The position numbers and the translations under genes were made by a program. A model generated the notes under the pieces. That model saw only the letters and a list, made by a program, of their open reading frames with translations. It ran no database searches and was not told where the DNA came from. From a candidate division FCPU426 bacterium (GTDB lineage Bacteria > Oederibacteriota > Muellerivitia > Muellerivitales > Muellerivitaceae), in assembly GCA_003152075.1 (NCBI GenBank), contig PLZG01000064.1:31-64030 (forward strand): 64,000 bases of DNA. The letters run 5' to 3'. This document shows positions 9,350-17,325 of the stretch, one piece after another. Numbering within the stretch: position 1 is the first letter of the stretch; each line of letters begins with the position of its first letter.

Positions 9350-11944
9350 ATGCGCCACGGCCATCCGGAAAGTGCCGGTGCTGAGATGAGATGGTTTAAG
9401 CGGGCCGAACTGAACTTTATAAGGTTTCAAAGTCCCAATTGGTGGGTCGTTTTGGGTTTTCTGGGCTTAACCGGCCCGGTCATGGCTCAATGCGATAAAC
9501 GGATCGTCGCCTATTACGCCTATTGGGACCAGCCGGCCTATACTTCGGCCAACCTACCCATGAATGAGGTAACCCATATCGAGCATGCCTTCATCAGCCT
9601 GGATACGACGAAAAATGACGGAACCCTTTCGGTTGCTCCCGCTTTTCTGGAGCCGGCCCTCATCGCCAGGGCCCACGCGGCGGGGGTGAAGGTTCTGGTA
9701 TCAGTGGGAGGCAGTGGTGCCGCCCAAGGAACGGCCTTTGAGCTGGTTTCGGCCCGCGCCGCGGGTCGGGTCAATTTCGCCAATAACCTTTACAACTTCT
9801 GCAAGACCAACGGCTATGACGGCGTGGATATTGACTACGAATTTCCACTCAACACGACAGACGAAAGCAATCTTACCCTCATGATGCAGGCCATTCGATC
9901 CGTTCTTCCTGCTCCCACATGGCTCATTTCCATGGCGACGAGCGCCATGGGCAACAATACCTGGAATGGCGCCTACTTTATGAATTTAAACGCGTTGGAG
10001 GGCATCGTGGATTTCTTCAACGTGATGGACTACGATTTTTACGGCGGGTGGGATACCAACAGCGGGCACTTAGCCCCGCAATATCAAAATCCCGCTGATC
10101 CGCAACAGGCGGGGAGCTTCAAAACATCCCTCGATTGGTACCTGGTCACGGCGGGTATTACCCCCTCCAAAATTAACGCGGGCATGCCTTTTTACGCGGA
10201 TGAATTCACGTCCGTCAACGCCCTTTGGAAAAATTGCGGGGGCGGTTGTCCTGTGGTGAATCAGGCTTATGGCACATTCGTTAAACCCCGGCTCAACGCC
10301 ATGGGCTATACCGTCCAATGGGATTCCTCGGCCCAGGCCAATTACTTGACGGGCTCCGACTTTATCACTTATGACAGCGTTACCACCGTGGCCAATAAGA
10401 CCACTTACGCTTTGGGAACCCGCGGTGTCGGCGGGGTGATGATCTGGGAAATATCACAAGATTACGATGGAGCCTCACAGGATTTGCTCACGGCAACGTA
10501 TAACGCTTATGTCGCGCAATGTCCCATCAATACGCCAACCTATACGTTCACGAATACGCCAACGAATACTCCTGTCCCGCCAACGTCCACTTTTACCCTT
10601 ACCCTGACCCGAACCAACACTTCGACGAATACATTCACGAATACGCCTGTGCCGCCGACCAAAACCTTTAACTCCACCTTCACCAATACTCAAGTCCCAC
10701 CTACCAATACCCCAACATTCACGTCCACCTCTACCAATACGGGAACACCCACCTTTACCCGGACGAACACCTCGACCAACACAGCCACCTCCACCAACAC
10801 CCCGGTCAACACTTTCACAGCAACTTCAACCGCCTCCAATACCGGAACCCCAACCTTCACCCAAACGAACACCTTGACCAATACCAATTCGGCCACTTTC
10901 ACCAACACGCCGACTTCAACGCTGACTTTTACCCGAACCTCCACGAACACCCCTACCAATACTGGAACCTCCACCAATACCCCGGTGAATACCTTTACGT
11001 TCACTTCAACTTCCACCAATACGGGAACACCCACCTTTACCCGAACGAACACCTCGACCAACACAGCTACCTCCACCAACACCCCGGTCAACACTTTCAC
11101 GGCTACTTCAACCGCCACCCATACCGGAACCCCAACCTTCACCCAAACGAACACCCCGACCAATACCAATACGGCCACTTTCACCAGCACGCTGACTTCA
11201 ACGCCGACTTTTACCCGGACCTCCACGAGCACCCCTACCAATACTGGAACCTCCACCAATACCCCGACAGGAACCGTTCCTCCGACCAATACCCCCACTT
11301 CAACGGGAACGTCCACCCATACTTCAACTTCCACCAACACTCCCACGCGGACCAATACGCCTACGAATACCTTCACTCCGACATCCACCTCTACTTTGAC
11401 CTTTACCAATACCTTCACCCGGACGAACACCTCCACCAACACCCCGATGAATACCTTTACGGCCACTTCGACTCCAACCAATACTCATACCCGGACTTCC
11501 ACGAGCACTTCGACCAATACCCCCACTCATACGATGACTCCAACATCAACCTCGACGAACACCCCGACGGTTACTTCCACTTATTCGAAGACAAACACGC
11601 CTACGGAAACATCAACCAACACCCCCTCGGTTACAGAAACTTATACTCCGACACTTTCCTCAGTTGTTGTGATCTCACCACCTTTTCCCAATCCGTCGAA
11701 TGGGTCGCCCATTACGTTTAAAATCCAGGTGCCGGGTGAATCAACGGTGACGTTGGATGTGTTTACTTTGGCTTTCCGGAAGATATACGGCGAAACGACC
11801 CAGGCGGATGGTCCCCTGACGCTTCAGTGGGATTTAAAGGATGTTTCGGGGGTACGGGTGGCGAATGGGGTTTATTACGTTCGTATCCAAGTCGTGGGCA
11901 GCCAATCGACGACAAAAATTTATAAAGTACTCATCCTGAGATAA
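9350..11944 (+). CDS. Secreted GH18 chitinase-like glycosidase with Thr-rich linker and T9SS-type C-terminal domain
   Basis: The probable start is ATG 9386 (MRWFKRAELNF...WWVVLGFLGLTGPVMA, a signal peptide). The GH18 catalytic motif DGVDIDYEFP (DxxDxDxE) is present, followed by KVLVSVGG. The C terminus PPFPNPSNGSPITFKIQVP...GVYYVRIQVVGSQSTTKIYKVLILR is homologous to the GH16 C-terminal domain. Confidence 0.8.
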   Translation: MRHGHPESAGAEMRWFKRAELNFIRFQSPNWWVVLGFLGLTGPVMAQCDKRIVAYYAYWDQPAYTSANLPMNEVTHIEHAFISLDTTKNDGTLSVAPAFLEPALIARAHAAGVKVLVSVGGSGAAQGTAFELVSARAAGRVNFANNLYNFCKTNGYDGVDIDYEFPLNTTDESNLTLMMQAIRSVLPAPTWLISMATSAMGNNTWNGAYFMNLNALEGIVDFFNVMDYDFYGGWDTNSGHLAPQYQNPADPQQAGSFKTSLDWYLVTAGITPSKINAGMPFYADEFTSVNALWKNCGGGCPVVNQAYGTFVKPRLNAMGYTVQWDSSAQANYLTGSDFITYDSVTTVANKTTYALGTRGVGGVMIWEISQDYDGASQDLLTATYNAYVAQCPINTPTYTFTNTPTNTPVPPTSTFTLTLTRTNTSTNTFTNTPVPPTKTFNSTFTNTQVPPTNTPTFTSTSTNTGTPTFTRTNTSTNTATSTNTPVNTFTATSTASNTGTPTFTQTNTLTNTNSATFTNTPTSTLTFTRTSTNTPTNTGTSTNTPVNTFTFTSTSTNTGTPTFTRTNTSTNTATSTNTPVNTFTATSTATHTGTPTFTQTNTPTNTNTATFTSTLTSTPTFTRTSTSTPTNTGTSTNTPTGTVPPTNTPTSTGTSTHTSTSTNTPTRTNTPTNTFTPTSTSTLTFTNTFTRTNTSTNTPMNTFTATSTPTNTHTRTSTSTSTNTPTHTMTPTSTSTNTPTVTSTYSKTNTPTETSTNTPSVTETYTPTLSSVVVISPPFPNPSNGSPITFKIQVPGESTVTLDVFTLAFRKIYGETTQADGPLTLQWDLKDVSGVRVANGVYYVRIQVVGSQSTTKIYKVLILR
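10525..11660 (+). repeat. Coding tandem repeats (Thr-rich linker), near-identical to repeats in GH16 gene
   Basis: The same ~102-nt unit as at 5140-5770 is used, including the shared INTPTYTFTNT...PVPPT start and the TGTVPPTNTPTSTGTSTHTSTSTNTP end. Confidence 0.85.
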
Positions 11945-12072
11945 AATTTGCCTGGAAAAAATTGAGCACTGTTTGCCCACGACGGGGACCCTTCATGAAC
12001 AACCACCTGCCGCGAGGCTTCCAGCCGAACGGCGAGTATTGGTTGCGCCAACTGTTGAATAAACAGTTGACG

Positions 12073-12342
12073 TTAAAATTTCAAAAACTTTTTGGCCGCC
12101 TCACCCGCCACGTCCCCGACGAATTTGGCTACCCCATCGTCCTTCTTGGAGGATGGATCGGCGGAAACCTTTGACGACCCACCGCTAGTAACCGAAGCCG
12201 AACTTTTGGAGGCGGTGGACTCAGGACGAACGCTTTTAACTGAGGTGTCGACCTTTGGGGATTGTTTTGGGGCTTCCTGGACCACCTTCACAACTTGGCT
12301 TTGAGAGGTACTTGGAGAACTCGGCGCAGGGGCGCTTTGCAA
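12073..12342 (-). CDS. Hypothetical small Ser/Lys-rich protein (doubtful)
   Basis: An 89-aa low-complexity ORF lies downstream of umuC on the same strand. There is no recognisable domain and it may be spurious. Confidence 0.15.
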   Translation of the reverse strand: MQSAPAPSSPSTSQSQVVKVVQEAPKQSPKVDTSVKSVRPESTASKSSASVTSGGSSKVSADPSSKKDDGVAKFVGDVAGEAAKKFLKF

Positions 12343-12406
12343 AATCGGGGTCAGGTCTTGAATATGGCAGTCCGAATTTCCTTTCCGCGATCAAGCCCAT
12401 TTCGAG

Positions 12407-13744
12407 TTACCCAATGCTGGCCTTTGGAATATCACTCCACCGGGTCGTGTAGTGGGGACTTTGCTTTTCAAACTTCGTCAGCCATCTCTGATTAATGCCC
12501 ACTGAAGCCATACGAAGTGTCCCGCGGCCTCTTTCGTCGTTGATTCGGTCCATTATTTTTAATAGCTTTGGCCTCTTTTCCATATCCGGCCTGACCCAGA
12601 TATGGCCTTGGACGCAATTTTCCGGATCCACCTTCGTTGCCCAAACCCCGATGCGCTTATAGCCGAAACCGGGTTTATAAAGCCGTTCTACCGCCCATTC
12701 CACGGCGCGGATAAGTTCCGAAGTGTCTTGGGTGGCCACCGGAAAAACAATAGGCAAGAGGTCGCTGTACTGGGGGCCGTCGCTAAAGGGGTTGGTCTGG
12801 ATCCAGACGTTCATTTCCTTGATGGCCAGCTTTTCCTTGTGGGCCTTGGCCGCTTCCTCCGAGCCCTTGAAGAAGGCGGCTTCCAGCATTTCCTCCCGGC
12901 TTTCCACCAGAAGGCTGAAACCCTGGGCGATGCCCAACTGCTTCTTGGGCGGGGCAACCCATTCCAGGGGCAGGCAGGGAACGCCCTTAAGTTCCATCTG
13001 AATCCTGGCCCCCACCACCGTCATTTTCTTGCGCACCCAATGTTCCTCGGCCTTAGTGAAATCCAGCGCCGTGTGGATGCCGGCGGCGTGGAGCATGTTC
13101 TGGTAGGCCTCTCCCACGCCCCAAAGGTCGCCCACGTCGGTAATGGCCAGGGCTTTTTCCAGGTGCGGGGATTGGTAAAGGTTCAATACACCTTTGGCTC
13201 TCTTGGATTTTTTGCCGATCTTGTTGGCCAGCTTGGAGAGGCATTTGGTTTCCGAAATGCCCACGGTGACGGAGATACCGGTCCAATCCTCCACCCGGCG
13301 CTTGATGGCCCGGCCATAGTCCAAAAGCTCCCCGGGCTTCTTATGGGAAAGGTCCAGGAAGCATTCGTCGATGGAATATTTCTCGATGCCGGCGAATTGG
13401 GCCAGCACTTCCCGGACCCGGTCGCACATGTCGAAATAAAGGGCGTAGTTGGAGGAGATGACGACAACCTTATGTTTTTGGATAAGGTCTTCGACCTTGA
13501 AAAGGGGAGAGCCCATTTTGACGCCCAAGGACTTGGCCTCGTTGGAACGGGAAATGATGATGCCGTCGTTGTTGGAAAGCACCACCACGGGTTTCTTTCT
13601 AAGGTCAGGCCTGAAGCGGCGCTCGCAGGAAACGTAGAAGTTGTTGCAGTCCACCAGAGCCACGGCGCCTCGACGCCGTGACTCACGGTTTGGTTGTGCC
13701 GATTCCATAGGGGAATCGGCGCCTAAGGCGACGACAGAATGCAT
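12407..13744 (-). CDS. umuC: Y-family translesion DNA polymerase V catalytic subunit UmuC
   Basis: VALVDCNNFYVSCERRFRPDLRKKPVVVLSNNDG...SIDECFLDL are the Y-family palm motifs. The gene lies downstream of an S24-peptidase gene. Confidence 0.85.
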   Translation of the reverse strand: MHSVVALGADSPMESAQPNRESRRRGAVALVDCNNFYVSCERRFRPDLRKKPVVVLSNNDGIIISRSNEAKSLGVKMGSPLFKVEDLIQKHKVVVISSNYALYFDMCDRVREVLAQFAGIEKYSIDECFLDLSHKKPGELLDYGRAIKRRVEDWTGISVTVGISETKCLSKLANKIGKKSKRAKGVLNLYQSPHLEKALAITDVGDLWGVGEAYQNMLHAAGIHTALDFTKAEEHWVRKKMTVVGARIQMELKGVPCLPLEWVAPPKKQLGIAQGFSLLVESREEMLEAAFFKGSEEAAKAHKEKLAIKEMNVWIQTNPFSDGPQYSDLLPIVFPVATQDTSELIRAVEWAVERLYKPGFGYKRIGVWATKVDPENCVQGHIWVRPDMEKRPKLLKIMDRINDERGRGTLRMASVGINQRWLTKFEKQSPHYTTRWSDIPKASIG

Positions 13745-14023
13745 AAGAACCTCACATAAAACCTATTGAACCAACATCCTCTTACGAGGATGATCGCCAC
13801 AAAGGGCACCAAGAACACCGGAAGACAAAGTTTTGGTTTAAGAACCGCTAACAAAAACCTGTTGAACCACCAAGTACACCAATGGCACCAAGAAGGACAA
13901 AACAAAACATTTTAGGTTTACCTCACTTGACATATCTAATCTTTCGCCGTCTTGGTGCCCTTGGTGTACTTGGTGGTTAAACCGCCTTCGTTTTTCTTGT
14001 GCTCTTGGCGGTTCACCCCCCAT
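13745..14023. repeat. Repeat-rich noncoding segment (inverted copies of TTGGTGTACTTGGTGGTT and GGCACCAAGAA-type repeats), MITE-like
   Basis: AACCACCAAGTACACCAA at ~13865-13882 is the reverse complement of TTGGTGTACTTGGTGGTT at ~13961-13978. The same 19-mer recurs at 14479-14497, on the other side of the GxxExxY gene. Confidence 0.5.
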
Positions 14024-14431
14024 TTATAGGGCAATTCTTTTGATGCCTTTTTTGAAAATGAGAACATTAAAGTTAATGAGGAAGCCCAGTCTTTTGTTAG
14101 CAAGCTTCAAGTAAGTTAAAATTTGAGGTTCATGTACCGGAAGGAACGATTCGACGGCCTTTATTTCGAGAATGATATTGTCCTCAACGATAGCATCCGC
14201 TCGAAAACCAACTGGTATTTCCATACCTTCATACATCAAGGGAATCGCGACTTGCCGTTCGACTTTTAATCCACGTTGGCTCAATTCATGAACCAAACAG
14301 AGCTCATAAGCATTTTCAAGCAACCCCGGACCAAGGGCCTTACGAACCTTAAAAGCCGCGTCTACAACCTGGTTGGCGACCTTATCTAATTCAGGATCGA
14401 TCTTCTCAAATTCCATCTCATCCTCCTTCAA
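14024..14431 (-). CDS. GxxExxY-family protein (PD-(D/E)XK nuclease-like, PDDEXK_3)
   Basis: The motif GPGLLENAYELCLVHEL contains G-x-x-E-x-x-Y. The product is 135 aa, the typical size. It sits between umuD and umuC and is flanked by 19-bp direct repeats. Confidence 0.65.
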   Translation of the reverse strand: MKEDEMEFEKIDPELDKVANQVVDAAFKVRKALGPGLLENAYELCLVHELSQRGLKVERQVAIPLMYEGMEIPVGFRADAIVEDNIILEIKAVESFLPVHEPQILTYLKLANKRLGFLINFNVLIFKKGIKRIAL

Positions 14432-14513
14432 AGATTTTTGATTACCAAGACGTAACCAGAATCATGGTACCTGCCTCTCTTGGTGTACTTGGTGGTTCAT
14501 ACTGCTTTTTGAC

Positions 14514-14942
14514 TTAAATGACGGCGAAGAAAGCGAAGGTCACCACCCCTATGACTTTCACCCCCTCGTCCTCGTCGATGGGGATGGGCTCGAAAGCCGG
14601 GTTTTCCGGCAAAAGATAGCCGCGGTTGTCCCGGTAGCCCAGGCGCTTGAGCGTGTTGCCGCCGTTCAAAGTGGCCACCACGACCTTGCCGATGCTAGGA
14701 ACGACGGAAGAATCCACCACCAGGAAATCCCCCGATTGGATACGCGCCCCCACCATGGATTCGCCCACGGCCTGCCAAACGCAGGTGGCTTCCGGATGGG
14801 GAACCATTTTCTTGAAAATATCCAGGCGCCTTTCCCGGTAGGTTTCCGGCGGGCCGGGCGTGCCGGCTTGCACGGGTGGCTCGACAAAGGACAGGATGAA
14901 AAACTTTAAAAGGCTGGAGGGTCCGATATATTCGGTTTCCAT
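14514..14942 (-). CDS. umuD: UmuD / LexA-like S24 peptidase (Pol V accessory subunit)
   Basis: GESMVGARIQSGDFLVVD...VVATLNGGNTLKRL is the S24 Ser/Lys dyad region. The likely start is METEY at 14942, preceded by AAGGAAAG. It lies upstream of umuC on the same strand. Confidence 0.75.
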   Translation of the reverse strand: METEYIGPSSLLKFFILSFVEPPVQAGTPGPPETYRERRLDIFKKMVPHPEATCVWQAVGESMVGARIQSGDFLVVDSSVVPSIGKVVVATLNGGNTLKRLGYRDNRGYLLPENPAFEPIPIDEDEGVKVIGVVTFAFFAVI

Positions 14943-15329
14943 TGTCACTTTCCTTTCTGAAACGAGATTGGTGAAGTGACCATCGCACCGCAAATCCTTG
15001 TTGGACTTTCAATTGAGTTGCGGGGCATGGTTATTCTCCTTGAGTGAAAAATAAATACGGAGTTCGGTTAGTCCCTGGGGTGGTTGAAAGGCTTCAACGG
15101 AGTTGTGGGACATGACAATAACTTAGCGATATAGGTTAAAGGTATACTCTTGTATCCCTCCTAATATTCGCTAAGGTCAAGTTTTTAAATTAGGCAGGTT
15201 TTACTTTGGGGGGATAATTGAGGTCGAGACGGTCATAAAAAAGTTGTAAAATCGGCCTGCCAAATAGGACTCATCACGGGGTGAACCATGAGGATGGCGT
15301 ACAAAATTTAATTATAGAAGAATGGAGGG

Positions 15330-16589
15330 GTGATGGAAGAGCAAGGGGTAAGGTTGTACCCGTACCGATGGGTGGTGCTCGCGGTATTCATGCTGATCAA
15401 TGTCATGGTCCAAGTGCTGTGGATCTGTTACGCGCCTATCGCGTCGCTGGCGGCCACCGCCTACGGGGTGAAGCGCGAGGACATCGATCTTCTGGCGAAC
15501 ATGTTCATGCTCATCTACATCGTTGTTTCGTTTCCGGCGGCGTGGGCGATCGATACCTACGGTTTCAAGAAAGCGGTCGGGTTCGGCGCCATACTGATGG
15601 GGGTTTTCGGACTACTTCGCGCGTTGTTTCCCACGAATTACACGATGGCGGTGGTTGGATCGATAGGAATATCGATCGGACAGCCCTTCCTTTTAAACGC
15701 CTTCACCAAATTTGCCGCGAATTGGTTTCCGCAAATACACCGGGCGACCATTACGGGCGTCATTTTCCTTGCCATGTTTTTAGGCATCGGGCTTGGGGAA
15801 GTGCTGGGGCCGGGATTGGTTTCCGCCTGCGGTTTTGCCGGTATGCAGCTCATCTATGGTATTGCCTCGGCGGTGTCGGCCCTGTTGTTCGTCGCGCTGG
15901 CTCGGTCTGAGCCGCCGACTCCCGCGAGCCCCCCGGGTGAGGAGGTTCGCGCGCTGGTGCTGGACAGCCTGAGGCAGATCCTGAAAAACAGGAGCGTCTA
16001 TATCCTCTCCCTCGCGCTGTTCCTGGCCAGCGGCATCGTGAACGGCGTGTTTACGCTGATCGACGGGCTCGGCAATGAGCTTTCGCTCACGGTGGACCAG
16101 GGCGTGCTGCTGACGGCTTTGTTGCTCCTCGGTGGAATCGTCGGCAGCCTGGTGATCCCCGCGGTTTCGGACGCCCTAGGACGCCGGAAGCTTGTGCTGA
16201 TCGTCGCGGTTTTCCTGGCCGTGCCTGCCACGCTTGGTTTGGTGTTCGGGAGAGGCCTCCCCTTCGAGATCATTTGCTTCTTGGTAATGGGCTTCGCGAT
16301 CACGGGCGTTACGCCGGTTGCCTATCAATACGGCGCCGAAATCACCTATCCAGCCCCCGAGGGTACGAGCAACGGGATTTTCGCCCTGGTCGTACAGGCG
16401 TCCGGCCTTCTGATTGTCCTGATGGACGCGTTTCGGGGAACGTTCCACAACTCCTACATCCCATCGTTTGTCGGCCTCGCGGTGTTACTGGGGGGGGCCG
16501 GTTTCCTCATGATATCGCTCTCAGAGTCCCCGAAGATGGCCCGGTCATCGGCAACCACCGAGTCGGAATCGGTATCCGACGCACTTTAG
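15330..16589 (+). CDS. MFS transporter
   Basis: 419 aa with about 12 predicted TM segments and MFS-like loop motifs. Confidence 0.75.
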   Translation: MMEEQGVRLYPYRWVVLAVFMLINVMVQVLWICYAPIASLAATAYGVKREDIDLLANMFMLIYIVVSFPAAWAIDTYGFKKAVGFGAILMGVFGLLRALFPTNYTMAVVGSIGISIGQPFLLNAFTKFAANWFPQIHRATITGVIFLAMFLGIGLGEVLGPGLVSACGFAGMQLIYGIASAVSALLFVALARSEPPTPASPPGEEVRALVLDSLRQILKNRSVYILSLALFLASGIVNGVFTLIDGLGNELSLTVDQGVLLTALLLLGGIVGSLVIPAVSDALGRRKLVLIVAVFLAVPATLGLVFGRGLPFEIICFLVMGFAITGVTPVAYQYGAEITYPAPEGTSNGIFALVVQASGLLIVLMDAFRGTFHNSYIPSFVGLAVLLGGAGFLMISLSESPKMARSSATTESESVSDAL

Positions 16590-16671
16590 CGAGACCCATG
16601 ACGCGCGAAAAAAGGGGCCTGGCCACCATTAACCTTTTTGAAATAATTTAGTTGTTCACGGCGGGGAGGTA

Positions 16672-17145
16672 TTGATGGAACAACATGACATCGTATTTCT
16701 GAAATCCTTCAGGGATTGGTTTGTTTCAATCTTCATGCTCCTGTTACCCCTGCCCCTATTCTGGTTTTTCTATCCCTGGTCTGGCTTTGAAAATGGAAAC
16801 AAGGTGTTGATTTATCCTTTGTTTATTGTTCTTTCCTTGTTTTTCTACGGTTTCTATAGAATTTTTTTGGTGCCCTATAGGCTTCAATTTCAAAATGAGG
16901 GGATTTTGGTTATAAAAAGCCTTCTTTTTCCAAAAGTCGTGGCAATCTCGGAAATACAATCGGTCCAGATCACCGAAAAAGAAGGGGGAAAGGGTTCAGT
17001 CCAAGCCCTTTATACGCTTCTTTTGAAAAACGGGGATCCTATTGAAATACCCTCATTAATCCAAATTGATTATTTTTTGGGAAAACTTTCCGCTCAAAAT
17101 CAACAAATCGAAATTAAAGATGAACGGTCGCATAAGAGGCTCTAA
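16672..17145 (+). CDS. Hypothetical small membrane protein (possible bacterial PH-like domain)
   Basis: 157 aa with two N-terminal TM helices. An RBS ggcgggg-agg lies before the ATG. Confidence 0.4.
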   Translation: MMEQHDIVFLKSFRDWFVSIFMLLLPLPLFWFFYPWSGFENGNKVLIYPLFIVLSLFFYGFYRIFLVPYRLQFQNEGILVIKSLLFPKVVAISEIQSVQITEKEGGKGSVQALYTLLLKNGDPIEIPSLIQIDYFLGKLSAQNQQIEIKDERSHKRL

Positions 17146-17300
17146 CAAAAATCCTTGGAACAATGACGTGCTTCGGACGCGCTGATGAACGCCGATGAAA
17201 AAAGCTTTAATCCCTTGTTTTCTTCAAATCTGCGCGTGCGTAGCACGTCTGCGTCCATCCTTGTTTGAATGCCGTTGAATGTTGTTAGAAGTTATAAGAG
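17140..17300 (+). repeat. MITE-like element A (~160 bp, terminal inverted repeats CTCTAACAAAA / TTGTTAGA, internal palindrome GCGCGTGCGTAGCACGTCTGCGTC)
   Basis: This is the reverse complement of 50540-50700 at about 85-90% identity. It starts at the stop codon of the 16672..17145 gene. Confidence 0.7.
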
Positions 17301-17325
17301 GGTTTCTTAAGCTGTCGACTGTAGA

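Noticed and set aside
5095-11660. CRISPR array, considered because of the regular ~100-nt repeats.
   Set aside because: The repeats are contiguous, in-frame coding sequence without unique spacers, and no cas genes are present.
12602-13681. 359-aa plus-strand ORF.
   Set aside because: It is antisense to umuC, which has unmistakable Y-family polymerase motifs. It is a shadow ORF.
2516-16668. Recurrent word (T/C)CCACGACGGGGA or TTCACGGCGGGGAGG immediately 5' of ATGs at ~2548, ~11995 and ~16675, considered as possible att repeats bracketing the hydrolase cluster.
   Set aside because: The matches are 14-16 nt long with mismatches, which is expected by chance several times in 64 kb. They overlap GGGGAGG-type RBS sequence, and two of the three downstream ATGs do not open convincing genes.
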